From: Takakia lepidozioides
Lineage: Eukaryota > Plantae > Bryophyta
Assembly (NCBI GenBank): GCA_030704615.1
Contig: CM060732.1
Span: 24,552,001-24,616,000, forward strand
Length of the DNA stretch: 64,000 nt
Direction of reading: 5' to 3'
Part shown: in pieces, positions 13,132 through 25,569 of the stretch
Layout: each line of letters begins with the position of its first letter
Numbering within the stretch: the first letter of the stretch is position 1
Position numbers and translations under genes: made by a program
The notes under the pieces: model-generated
The model's input: only the letters and a program-made list of their open reading frames with translations
What the model was told of the DNA's origin: nothing
Databases searched by the model: none

Positions 13132-13730
13132 TGTCACAGACATAGCCCAGAAGAACTTACCAGGAGTAAATACCATAAGTTACCAAGTTACCATGTTATC
13201 GGAAGTTACCATGACTTATCATGATTTACCATGATTTACCATTACTTACCAAGTTACCGGGAGTTTACCAAATTACCAAGAATAACTTGGGAAACTGCTC
13301 AGGAAGCTTCTTTTGGAGGAAACTTCTCCATCAAGATACCTCATTTGTTTAAGGAAGCTTCTCCATCAAGAAACCTTTGTTTAATCTTGGAAACTTCTCT
13401 AGCAAGAAACCTCCATAGGGGAAGCATCTTAGTAGCCAGTATATATAGAAGGTGAGACTGGACACTCTTCAGTCTCGCCAACACAAGTTCAAGCTACTCT
13501 TGTTCCAAGTCCAGTACTCCAGTCCAGCTTCCAGTATCCAGTCCAGTTTCCAGCATTCCAGTATCCGAGTCGAGTTCCAGTATTTTGTACTCTTGTCCAT
13601 TGTTATAAAGATCATCTTGATTCATGTTTACCTACCATGCATTCGGCCACACCGACCTTGACTTCTTGTCTAGTCTTGTACCTCTAGTCTGATCTCTTGT
13701 TTGTGTTCTGTCATGTTCTCGTCCATGACA
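13132..13730 (+). repeat. 3' LTR (599 bp, TGTCAC...ATGACA)
   Basis: TG...CA termini with TGTCA/TGACA inverted ends, PPT immediately upstream, TATA (tatatatag) at ~13440. The right flank aagtg continues as ParB-MTase exon sequence (compare 29701). Confidence 0.88.
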
Positions 13731-15335
13731 AAGTGTGCAGGACTCCAGTCCTTCAATATCCCTGAAGTATATATGGTTGGATCGTTTCCCGGGTTCGACC
13801 ACATGTCAAGATAATCTGGGACACCACAAAGGTGATTTCCATCCATCAGCACATATTTTGTGTACCTGCAAACCACGAGACAAATTGGAAATCAATCTCT
13901 CTATGCAGAAGCCCATTGCTCTCAAAGTGAATGTCAGCACCGACATTCAGAAAATTCGTGAGAGTAATACTCCATATAACTATTGGGCACCCTAGAAAAC
14001 GTACAAGAAATCTCTCGATATAGAAGCTCACAATAGCTTTGGATGTGATGGTCGTCAACGACATTCACAAAATTCCATTCAAGAACACTGCCAACACACC
14101 CTAAGTTCCCTAATCCATGTGAATGAAATCTCTGTCCATAGGGGCTCACAGCCATGGAAGTGAATGTCGGCACCGACATTCACCTCCTATCAGTGAAGAG
14201 CCCTTCTAACAATGCCTAAGGATTTCTCACAAGATGCAATATAGTTTCTAGTTGGAAATGCACTTGTACACAACTCATATCATGGCCCATTCCCCCCCAA
14301 CCTGACTGTTAAAGTTGTTGGACCGCAAAATGTTACCATCCTTCGAAAACTCCCGGAAAAAACAGTATCGCCAAGTGAGACCTCTCCACTTTCTGATGTA
14401 TGCCTCCAATGTCATTTGAGGCGGGGAAACAATAGAAATATTCAAGTCCTTCAAATTCTGCTCGAGCACAAGGATGGCGTGCTTCTTCAGCTGCAAAGGG
14501 TACATTTGTCAGTTTTGCAAATAAGGTGGTCATTACATTCATGAAGTCAACAAAGATGAAACTTCAATGAATACACACCTGACTCCAAAATGTAGCCTTG
14601 TGAAGTCAGTTGTCAAACACAATGTCACTGATTCCCTCCACCTTTGTGCCAGGCTGTATAGTGCTCTTAGGGATCTGATTCAAGTCCTTCACTGTCTGAT
14701 CTGAGTTCCAAATCTCCAGCCATCTAATTTTGGTTTGGGGGTCAACCATGGAGATGGCCAGCCGGTGCAATTTCTCCTGCTGCATCTCCGAGTGCACATG
14801 CTTGTCATAGTGAGATTTGATCTGCAGAAGGAACTCCTCTCCAAGGCTAGGATCTACTATTCTTAGCTGCTTAGAGAAGGCGGACATCCATTTGGTTCTC
14901 CGGATTTCATACTCCTTCTTTATTGCTGCCTCCACACCCTTTGATGTCCTAAGTTCCTCTGTTGTAGTGCGGTAGTATTCGGATTTCCCCGTCTCAGCTG
15001 CCTCTGCCAGTTCTTGCTGCATTGATCAAAGTAGGGATGAGTAAAAATGAATTACAAACATGTATTCAAAAAGACAAGTGAGTACAGGCTCGGCCTTACC
15101 GTATACATGTACTCCAAAAACGCCTCTTGAGTCAAAGAATACCAAGCGTCTGCAGCTCTTCTTGTTTCGCACTTCTTGATTATATCGGGGAGTACTGTGC
15201 GAAAATCATCCAACTTCATCAGACCAATCCTCTGAATTCGGAAAAGTATGTGGACCAAGCTTGTTGTCACGTGCGATTTCTCTGTCGATCTGCAAAAAAA
15301 GTGGAAACAATGCATTGATAAACATCGTTTTTTGC
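13731..15335 (-). pseudogene. ParB-MTase gene family A, copy 3 (internal exons only), interrupted by the Tcn1-like element
   Basis: ORFs 15052-15345, 14606-15022, 14275-14505 and 13670-13876 are near-identical to exons at 31.8-29.7 kb. Family-A palindromes at 13927, 14045 and 14160. Confidence 0.88.
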
Positions 15336-15937
15336 AACGACGCAATGGCCTGAGCGCACGAGCGTACGCTCACGCAGGAGTGACGTGGCGTGAGCCTGCA
15401 TCCACGTTGACGTGGCGTGAGCGTCATGTCAGCATGCTGATGTGGCGGCAAATGATGACGTGGCACTGTCCGTCATCTGCCACGTCAGCATTAACATGCG
15501 CCGCCTATAACCGAGGATGGTCCTATGACCGTGGAATTAATGTAGGGAATCTTGCCTAAATAGAATCAAGACTACCATGAGGCCTACAATTGTAGCATCC
15601 AACATTGTGCAATTACAAATGCTTGTTTCACTTTTACAATTACGAGGACGAGAAAATATCCTCACAAAGTGTGCGCCATAAAGGTTGCCACGGGAAGACC
15701 TTCCTCCCTCCTCAAATAACAATGAGAGTTAGGATCATCTTCAAAAGATGATTGTAGTGCATAGCGACAGCAAGACATGTAGACTTCGAATGGTGCAATG
15801 ACAAATGTGCTTTTAAAAGTTGCCACTCAGAGCTCACTCCGTATAGTTGGAGGCCATATCATTGCACCGCCGACGAATTGATGTGAATTACACATTTCAA
15901 ATCATGGTCGTCCACAGACCACATTGCATAGTTGATG

Positions 15938-17880
15938 CTACCCATGTGTTGTATCCCGCTGCAATAGAGTATCGACCTCGTTGAAACTCATAGTGGCCTG
16001 GTGAATGAAGTTGTCACGTTTGGGATCGCAAACCATCCTCTTAAAAAATATGAAATACAAATGTTTGCAGGGTATGAATTTACCTCTCTTGCCCAAACTG
16101 GTTGATAGCATATTCACAAAATCAGGACATGTGCAATTGGGGAAATTGGAAACCGTGATGTCGTAGGTCCTGTCATGAACAGCAGATGTGGAAGTGATGA
16201 TTGTGAATACCCGACCATATCCTGGATGGGGTACTTCCGTGGTGCTTCCAACACGAGCTTGGAGCATTCTTGCGGACTCCACTTTGCCAAAGTGTTCAGC
16301 GGTTGGAGGGAAACGCCGAACGAGCTTTCCATCTCGTTTGGTTGGCCACAAGTCAGGATTTGCCGGGGGGACCCGGGAGGATGCAGAAGTAGTAGCACAT
16401 GCATGGAGTTGGGGTTGTCTCGCAAGGGAAAAACCTGCCTCCTCCAGCATTTCAATCTCCTGAAAGCTCAGATGTGTTCCCACCTTCACGGGCCAAACGG
16501 TTGGAGGAGATGGCTTCATCACTACGGAAGGACGCACAGTTCCATGCATACATCTGGCACAATCATCTGCGCAGAACCAGAACTTGTGGTTCTTGGCTTC
16601 TGGTTGACCGTATGGACGCATCAAGCCCGTGAAAGTCAGAGCAGGAGTTCGGGCACCACCTCTGGATATAGATGAAGTGCACTTCTCAAAATTAGTTGCC
16701 CTGATCGCTGTACATTTCACACGAGACCCTACACTTGTGCGTTCTATGTGCCAAACGTGGTCGGGGCATGCGGACTCAAGCACATCAAGGGGGTTGTTTA
16801 TCTCCTACACCATTTTCAGTGGCACTGTTTGATGCTGGAGCTTGCCGTCGTGTTGGAGGTTCCTCCACAATGGAGGTTCCGGACATGGAGCTGTCATGCA
16901 GGGGAACACGAGGCTTCGAGAAGTTATCACGGTCTGCCCTGTGGGAATCGGAATCCGAACCAGGTGGAGTGTTCAATTTCCTCTTACAGGAGCCGAATCT
17001 CTCCTCCCCTTCAAGATGTGGAACTCTAGAAACAAGTGGCGTTCCCTGGGCATACATGCTCACTGCCCGTGCTATCTTCATTGGATCCCCAGATCTGTTT
17101 GCAGCACGCAACATCAACTCCCATTTGTCCGGACCCTTGCCACCAACCCCACCTCGTAAGAAATCACGGTATCGGGTTTGTTGTTGCAAGGCACGTGTCA
17201 AATCATCTGTTGTTGCCACATACAAATCCCGACCTCGTTTCCCAGACTGCTGCAACCATGCGTTGTGGACAGTTTCTGCCAAATTGCAAGATGACATGTC
17301 CGCCATTTCCTCAATGGACATGTTCTGCAAAGTGCAGAACCACACTTCAAAACAATGAACAGAAAACAACATAAAGAAAGCGAGGACACAATAAAATGGA
17401 AAGCAAATGTATGAATAAAGCAATAAATATAAGCCTCGTACCAATGGCATGGCTGCTCCCCACTGTCTATACCGGAAGTGCCAAAACGCCAGCCAATCTT
17501 CCAATGCTCTCATACTCTCAAGTGATGCAGCTCCAGAAGAGAACCACCGGGCACGAATTGTCTGGAACAAAGTGTCCGCCTCCTTCATTGTTCTAGCATC
17601 TTTGTACTCTTTGCACAATTTACGGTGCTGAGTCTGCATCTCTGGTTTGATGTCCGACTTTGTATGTTTTTCCAGAGATTGTGTCCAATGGAATAGACAT
17701 GTACGCTCTCTTCCTGGCATAGGCACTTTTGGGTCGCCCGATCCGAAGACAATACGAACAGCATTGAAATTTGCTTAAGCACTATCCGCCATGAAACCTG
17801 CAAAATTTGGAGATGGCAGCCCATGACACGTATCAGGGAATTCCACATGAGCTTCTGGGATTCCGTATCCTCGGATTGCA
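15938..17880 (-). pseudogene. Mutator-like (MULE) DDE transposase, 3' half with C-terminal SWIM zinc finger
   Basis: FAGFMADSA*ANFNAVR (second catalytic D), RERTCLFHW (CxxH), SCNLAETVH (catalytic E), SWIM PNCTCPDF..CKHLY. Intron ~17340-17440. One stop and one frameshift. Confidence 0.85.
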
Positions 17881-17884
17881 TGTT

Positions 17885-18125
17885 ACAAAGTATCCAAAAA
17901 CAGGTAACAGAGATGAGGAGAAGCTGTGGAATGAATACTTTTCTGACCCCAGTAAATGGTGGGACAATCGAGGCAAAAAAGTGTATGCCTGTCAATTACC
18001 AGATGTCATTTTGAACACTGCCCTGGTGGACATGTATGCCAAATGTGGGTGCATCGAGGATGCAAAGGGAGTGTTCAACACTATGGCTAAATTAGATGTG
18101 GTGTCGTGGAGTGTGATGCTTGCAG
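17885..18125 (+). pseudogene. Fragment joining an OSB-type PDF-motif start to a PLS-class PPR repeat
   Basis: EKLWNEYFSDPSKWWDNRGKK resembles the PDF motif of organellar ssDNA-binding (OSB) proteins. It runs in frame into PDVILNTALVDMYAKCGCIEDAKGVFNTMAKLDVVSWSVML (PPR). Confidence 0.65.
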
Positions 18126-18589
18126 CCACCGCGCTACCTGCCAGCAAGACAACTCCCAAACTCCAATCCTTGACTGCCAGAATGGGGTAAGGGTTCCCTA
18201 CCTACAATTTTCCATTTTGCACACATCGAGTTTGTGTAATGGTGCTTAGACGTATTCTTAGCGATGTTAGTTTGTTTCACAAATGTCAATGTTGCTGTTG
18301 CTATGATATTGCCTGAAAGCTTGTTCATGTATCTTCTGTCGTTTTCGGGCTGGATGGCAGTTGAAGGTGGGTGACAAATCCGGCCAAGCCAGTGTATGCA
18401 TCTTCTGCTCAGGCATTTGGAAGTCTACTTAGACTTTGCAGCTTTGTACATTTTTGTAGCAGCACCAGATTAGATTATAGAACGGACCTCTGAACATTAA
18501 GTCACGTTGTATTTGAATTGATGTTCCAATTTCAAATGTGCTTTATGTTTCAATGGTGCTTTCGTGTTTCAATGCTGCTAGAGTCAGGC

Positions 18590-19269
18590 CCATGACTACG
18601 GTCATGTACACGACTACCTCCCATCCACAGAGCCTCCGCCACGTGCCACTTTCATCCCTCGTGTTCGCCCATTTTCGTGCCACGTGCAGTACCTAGAGTG
18701 CACCATGGAAGTCATATGTTCCAGTCATAACGACCACCCCACCCCCATCCTGTATAATTTGACTCCATAATTTGACTCCACGTGTGGACCTGGGATTAAA
18801 CGTCCGAAGTCATATATGCCAGTCACGAAAGACCCTCCCGCTCCATATTGTCATGCCATGTGTCATGCATTAGTCTGATCCACGTGTTGTCTTGGGGTTA
18901 ATCTGCGGAAGTCACCTGTCATGCTCCGTGTCGTTCCCGATATTATCCAAGTGCTATCCTGGGGTTAATTCGTGAAAGTCGTATATGCTAGTCGTGAAGA
19001 CTATGTCGCCTTCATTTTGACGTAACACGTGGTATATCCCTTCTGTTCCACGTGACGCTGACATGGATTCGTAGTCATTTACTACGGTCTTATCAATGAC
19101 TATGATTAGGCATCCCCGTTGGCACGTCAACAGTGAGCTCCACGATTGGCAGATACGACTCTATGGCGCTTACGACTCATTTGTCACAACTGATTGGGCA
19201 GTCATGCAGTCATAAAAGGCTGATACGACTGGAAAATAGGAGACATAAAAGCCGGAATTTGTTGTAGTG
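18590..19269 (-). mobile_element. CACTA element terminus 1 with subterminal repeats
   Basis: The minus strand starts CACTACAACAAATTCCGGC at 19269. Repeated gact/agtc and cacgtg subterminal motifs follow. Flanked by TSD TCC (19270-19272). Inner boundary approximate. Confidence 0.8.
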
Positions 19270-21834
19270 GGAGTCCATGATGCTTGAAGACGTGGGCAAC
19301 GTGAAGTTGTCTCGTCTCCTGCGCTGTTGCCGTCTGCTTGGTGGGGATGAAATGGCCCATTTTACTGAACCTATCCATCACCACCATGATTGCATCGAAT
19401 CCTTTTGACAGTGGCAAAGCAGTCATGAAATCTATCGAGACATTTTCCCAAGACCCCTCTGGAATCGGCAAGGGTTGTAACAGCCCCGCTTGCTTTTTAT
19501 ACTCGCTCCGGTTTTGTTGGCATGTGGTGCATGTCTTGACATACTCCTCGGCCTCCTCCCTCAGTTTGGGCCAAAAATACTTTTTTTTCAATAGTGTCGC
19601 GGTGCGCTTGGCTCCGTCGTGGCCCGCAAGCGGGCCATCATGGCATTCTCTCAAGAGACTATCTCTGATCCCTCCCTTGGTAAATCCTCCGGCATCACAT
19701 CCTGGTATTTCTCCAGGATCCCCTTGATCCAATCTGGGCTAGGCTCCCTATCGACTTCTTCTTCCACTTGTCTTACGTAAAGTAAAAACTGGGGCTCGTG
19801 TGGCTCCTCCATTGCCCACTCCTTTGCTGTCAACAGGTTTATTCGCCCTCCCACTCGGTTGGGCGTTTTCGGCACCCGTAAAACTTTGCCACCATCCCCA
19901 CACGGTAGCGTAACTACTCTCTTGCGGCTATCTATGACCGCTCCGGATTTGCTCAAAAAGGTCACCCCCAAAATGAGATCCACTCCATCGATCTCGCAAA
20001 TGGTGAAGTTCTCACGTCCCTCCCAACTCCCCAACTGAAGAGGAACATTGAACGCCAACCTCGTCGCCAGTTGTGGTTCTCCTTTGGCAGAACGCACTTC
20101 AATAGAGGCCCCCACATCACTTGTCGGGAGCCCCAGCTTCCGTGCCATTGTCGGTGTCATGAAGGAGTGCGATGCTCTTGTGTCCACCAACAACGACACG
20201 TTAGTTCTGGAAATTATTCCACTCACGAACATTAACTGACTCCCTTTACGTAAGGGGCCAGTCTTGTGATACAACTCACAAGAGTAGTTGCCTACCTTGC
20301 AAGTCTTAGCAACCACCGCTTCCACCAAACGGCTGATGGAATCTTCAGACAGCTCCGTGGTCACCCGAGTCATGTTCAATTGACGGGGTTTTGCGCACTT
20401 CTTGGCCATGTGCCCGAGCTCCCCGCAATTAAAGCACACTCCATCGAAGGTCGCCTTCTGTCCGCTATAAGCCGCCGCACCTGATTTTCCTTTCGGAGCA
20501 CCGGGTGCCGCCTTGACGTATGAAGGTCATCCCTTCGATTTCCATGTGTCATTATCGCCGCATGGCCTATCCCACTTCTTTTCCGGTCGGAAGGATTCAC
20601 CCTCCCGTCGGGTCTTCTTGTGGTTCAGCTCCGTACGGCCTTGTCTTTCGCCCCTAGGGACATCCGAAAAACATTCAGCCCTTTCAATTGCCTCGTTCAA
20701 AGTCATAGATGGCTTCTCCTCCAACTTCCGCCTGGCCCATGGGGCCAGTCCCGCCACAAAGTTGAAGACCATTTATGGTTCTGCCATATCCGCAACTTCG
20801 AGCAACAGCACATTGAAAGCCTGAACATATCCCCGAATGTCATCCGTTTGCTTCAATTTCCTCATCTTGTCCCGGGCGAGCTAGGACGCGTTGAGGGGCA
20901 CAAATTGTCTTTTCATAAGTTCCTTGAACCCACTCCAGCTCAAGGTTTCTGGGTTTGGACCTTGGTCATGAAGGCGTTTATGCCACCATTGTTGAGCATA
21001 GCCCCTCAAATAGGTGGGAGCCACTTCCACCCGATCCTCGTCACTCAATTTGGCCGCTCGGAAGTACTGCTCTAGCTCCAAGAGCCAGGTGTTGAGTGCC
21101 TTCCGATTTTGGACGCCCTCGAAGGTGTCGGGTTCCTTAGGCTTCACCCTAAACTTTGCCTTAGTGGAAGTGGCAGCCGCCCTCAACACGTCTTTCAACG
21201 TCCCGCCAAACTGCGCCAACAACCCTTCCCAAAAGGTTGCTGGCATGGGAGGCATCTGTTGGTCTGGTGAAGCCTCTGGGAAGTCCTCGGGCTCCGACTC
21301 CCAAAATTCCTCCCGTTCTTGAGCGGCCTCGCTTTCAGAAGCATGAATTGCCTCTTCCAATTCGCATGCTTACTCACTAGTTTTTTGTCACCAACGGGCT
21401 TGCACTGTTCTCGGGGTCACTATTCCCTATATATACTTATGTGACTGTCCGCAGGGGTTTCACAAACAACACCGTCCTTTTATGGCGAACCACCACGAAG
21501 ACCCTTGACTCCCAGTGATGAGTCGCGGTGAGTCTTGGCCCACCTACCACGGCCCCAATGGACTGTGATGAGTCCCAAGACTCCCCACGACTCCTACCAC
21601 AAGGTCTCTGCCCCATGGTGAGTCCTATGTCACCCCCACTAAGACCCACTAAGCTACCACCACCCCTTGTGGAACCACCCCCACCGCAACCCAGTGTGCA
21701 AGGCTCCACCTAGTGAGCGCCTCCGCCTCCTTGAGGTGCTTCAGCCTCCGTACCTATTGTTGCCATTGCCCCCATCACAGGGGCAGCCCCTCTTAAGTCC
21801 CGACCCCCTGCCCTCAAGGCAAAGGGCCACGACA
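19270..21834 (-). mobile_element. Ty3/gypsy chromovirus, 5' half: 5' LTR, gag (CCHC), aspartic protease, integrase N-terminus; RT/RNaseH deleted
   Basis: gag KPKEPDTFEG..WL..LEQYF..AQQWW; CFNCGELGHMAKKC; LVDTRASHSF; integrase CHDGPLAGH..CTTC..SIDFMT..HHGLP. LTR at 21386-21834. Confidence 0.92.
21386..21834 (-). repeat. 5' LTR (449 bp, TGTCGTGG...GGTGACA)
   Basis: Inverted homolog of 21984-22454, with TG..CA ends. It is inserted into same-family 3' sequence: the flank agtagagtcaagtggggg matches 38550 onward. Confidence 0.85.
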
Positions 21835-22745
21835 AGTAGAGTCAAGTGGGGGTTTGGTTCTTTGCCATGGGATGCCATGGTACGGAAACAAACTCCTTGA
21901 TGTGGGACGCCACAACTTAGATGTTAGTTTCTACAAAATGGACAAGTCGATGAAGACATTGACTCCCTGTTGATAGGGGTGTGTGTCATGGCCCTTTGCC
22001 TTTCAAGAGGGCAGGGGGTCGGGACACAAGAGGGGCTGCCCCTGTGGTGGGGGCAATGGCAACAATAGGTATGGGGGCTGAAGCACCATTGAGTGCCAAA
22101 GGCACTCAAGGAGGCAGAGGCACTCACTAGGTGGAGCCCCGCACTCCGGGTTGCGGTGGGGGTGGTTCCACGAGGGGTGGTGGTAGCTTAGTGGGTCTTA
22201 GTGGGGGTGGCATAGGTCTCACCATGGGGCAGAGACCTTGTGGTGGGAGCCGTGGGGAGTCTTGGGACTCATCACGGTCCATTGAGGCCATGGTGGGTGG
22301 GCCAAGACTCACCATGACTCATCACCGGGAGTCAAGGGTCTTCGTGGTGGTTCGCCATAAAAAGACGGTGTTATTTGTGAAACCCCCGCAGACAGCCACA
22401 GAAGTACATATAGGGAGTAGTAACCCCGAGAACGGTGCAAGCCCGTTGGTGACAAAAAACTAGTGAGTAAGCGTGCGAGCCGGAAAGCGACCAAGGTGTG
22501 GGGAGCTGTTCCGGACTGCCAACAACCAAAGGGAATTTCCACTAGGCCCAAAGTGAGCGAGGGTCTTGTGGAGGAGCAAAGGGGGACCGTTATGTCCCGG
22601 TGAGCAGCCGAAGCTCCGAGTTGGCCCGACGGCCAGTTTGGGAGTTAGGCGCGCGCATCAAAGCGAGTAACTATGACTTGAAGGGGAGCTTACCGAAGTG
22701 AGGTGCGCGACAGACGGGAAGGCTGCACAGAGTTGCAATGGGTTC
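21835..22745 (+). mobile_element. Same-family gypsy fragment: 3' internal region + PPT, LTR (21984-22454), then 5' leader
   Basis: 21835-21983 matches 38550-38698. ggggtgtg precedes TGTCATGG. The LTR is followed by aaaaactagtgagtaagc, as after the other LTR. Confidence 0.8.
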
Positions 22746-22769
22746 GGGGAATAGTATAGTAATAGCACA

Positions 22770-25207
22770 GTGGTAAGTCGGCACAGACTTCCCTGTCTGC
22801 ACTCCCGGAGCATTGTCATGGGAAGTCGGTGCAGACTTAAAGAGGTGGCTGGACACACTGTCAAAATAGCCAATGCGAATTCGGTGCAGACTTCCTATCA
22901 TGCACCAGGCATGCATGATGCCGGAGGTGGGAAGTCGGCACAGACTCCCCGAGCACCCATTCTGGCGGTGACAGTCCACCCGTCATCTGCTCACGTTAGC
23001 AACCGCACAAGCAATGGATATAGAAGGTGACTTTGGCACCTTTATTCTTACCTCCCTCACGAATGACCCGAGCTGTCCACCACGAAAGCCAGCTATTTAG
23101 GGCGGGAATAGCTTATTCGGTTGTCGCTCCCAATGATATCCACCATGATCTGATTGACATGAATGCTATCTCAGCTTCTGTTGCTATGGCGGCCGACCTC
23201 CACTGTCCACACAATTTAATGTGTGCCGCTTGAAAGTTTGGCCGAATGAGGTCTTTGGTATGCCTCTGAAGACTCTGTCCCCAATGAAATCCGCAAGTTC
23301 TCTCCCTACCTGGCATAGGGTTCCCGCCACCATAAACATTTCGAACCGCCGCCTAGTTCGCATTCGCATTGTCCGCCATGAATCCTCTAAAATGCGATGG
23401 TCTCTTTCTTGCTCGGACAATCTGCTCATTGATGCTCTCCCACATAATCCGACTTCATCTCGCAAATGTCGATGGTCATGAGCTTCCTGTAGTTGGGCTC
23501 GTACACATGGCAGGCCATCGTGCTCCATCCATTTATTCGTTTAACATTGTCGAACATCACCCAGCTATTTTCCAATGGCCCGCCAACATTCATCATATCC
23601 ACGAGATGCACCCCGGATGCCGGCCCATCAGTTGACATCTTGAAGACAAAACACCGTTGATGCTCGTTCCCTTGCCCGGGAAATCTGCTGGAATGGATAT
23701 ACTCATACCCACACATAGACTTCATTTGCAGCAAGCTGGTCATTTCGTCAGCCCAGCCTGCCTGTGATTTCATTCTGTTGATGGTACTCTTATTTGTGGG
23801 GCTGCCAAATGCTTCAACTGCATCCAGTAGAGCCTCAAACTCCTCGCTGTCAAGCTTGCATCTTTCGCCCCCATCGGCCGACATAATATGCTGCATGACA
23901 ATGGTCTGTGCCGCATTCAGCTCCACAACTTTTGGTCATGCCGATGGAGACCTAGTGAGCTCCTCTCTCAATACCACCTTTGCACGCGCTGCAACTTCTC
24001 TGGATGCGCCTGTGGCGCTCCTATGGGTGTGGCATCCCACATGGACTGCACAACGTGTCATAGCAGGAGGTCCGTAGACGTAAAACATCTTTGCCGGACA
24101 AGCCTCCATACAGGTAGGAGGCTGGTTGCAGATGGAGCAGACAAACATCCTCTCCGGTACTGTAATTTGTGCTTGAAATTTGGTATCTGACGTCCCCAGC
24201 CACAAAGTGTCGTTGTGATACCTCTCCCTCACAAAAAATGGCCCGTACGCATTTCAAACTCCCAACACAATTCACATATCTGCAACACATGGCCTCACCA
24301 AGAAATTCAGTGAAGTGGGATGACATACTCATCTTGGTGCTATTAGGGAAATCGGCACAGACTTCTCCAAGGACTTACACGAATCTTGATATTGCAAAAA
24401 AATGTCATAGTGCCGCAAGATACTAATGTACACACGAGAAATTGGTGCCGACTTCTCCAAGAAGGTCGCACATTCTTAAATTGCAGAGCATTCTCATAGT
24501 ACCTGAATTCATTCAAAGATACACACGAGAAATCGACACGGACTTCAGGAAGGATGAGAGAGAACAACAAACCTGACTACCGTGTCTTTCCTGTCTAGCA
24601 ACGACAATTTCAGATTTGTAGTTTTTGTTATAGTCCATAGGTTTCCGTCATATTTCCGGTCCATGCCTTCCAGCTGGCCCGCTGCACTGGTGTTTTCTGT
24701 CGGCAACAACTCGTACACAATGTCCCCATCTACTCTTCTGGGTAAATGGTTCACCTTCACTATTTGAACACTGTGAAAGTCGATCCTTGAAAGCTCGCTG
24801 CGGGATGTGGTGCTGGTGCGTAGGAGCTGCAAGATGTCCACCATTGAATTTGTAACCGCATCTGCGGGTGTGGGAGTAAACATGGCATCCACCTCATGTG
24901 CATCGTCGTCCTCCGTGGTGTTTGAGCGCGTGCGTGGAGGTGCGGAGTGTGCTCGTCTGCTGCCAACTACCATGCAGTCCTCATCCTCTTCACTCAATAT
25001 TTGAATACTCACTGTTTTCGCAGCATGTGGGCCAAATATGGATGCGGCAGTCGGTGGAGTAAGGGATGCCGACACACTCGACGATGATGCTTGCTGGCCA
25101 TATACAATGTATTGTCGACCTGTTTCGTGTGGAATGACATAGGCCCGCGCAAAATCATTTTGTTTAGGACTGACAATCCGAGTTTCCACAATGCCATCCT
25201 CTCCCAC
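22770..25207 (-). pseudogene. Mutator-like transposase, family B (WRKY/GCM1-like domain + DDE core), truncated, with family-B palindromes in its introns
   Basis: MDRKYDGNLWTITKTTN; CSIC..CPAKMFY..HVGCHTH; FVFKMSTDGPASGV; VMFDNVKR (D1); RGFMAD (D2); RERTCGFHW. AAGTC-N6-GACTT-type motifs at ~22775, 22823, 22880, 22932, 24348, 24440 and 24530. Confidence 0.85.
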
Positions 25208-25569
25208 CTCCTCGACTTCGAAAACAGTTGTCCTATACCCTTCAAATAAATGACACGCATTTTGGGCGACACACGTCAGACTTTGAAAACTACATTGCAG
25301 ACGAACAGTTGTCCACTAATGGCTGGCAGGTGCACTAATAAGGGAATGACATTTGTGTAACGGTCATGCGAGAGGGAATCCGATGCTTCTAGAGACAATC
25401 CCTAACGCACGCAACTCCGCAAGAAATCGAGAGTCACCTTGTCTTTCTTGTTTCCGCACTTAGAGGGAGAGAGGTAGTCAAGCTGGAGAGGGTTCCTTCT
25501 ACGATACGAAAGAGAAGGAAGTCACTTTATTTTACTTCCCTTAGAGAGAGACTCAGAGCAAGAGAGCAA

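Larger units (their letters stand above)
10875..13730 (+). mobile_element. Ty3/gypsy chromovirus (Tcn1-like), 5'-truncated: RNaseH end, integrase, chromodomain, extra 3' ORF, PPT, 3' LTR
   Basis: RWSMSLARFDFVITYRPG; HHCC zinc finger (CHD..AGHFG..CDTC); SMDFIT; AHHPQTNGQTERVNQ; GPF; chromodomain EYEVDEVL..YFVHWKGY..TWEP; PPT aggagggggtga before TGTCAC at 13132. Confidence 0.93.

Noticed and set aside
21437-22551. Pro/Gly-rich ORFs
   Set aside because: They lie inside the LTRs and appear on both strands because of the inverted duplication.
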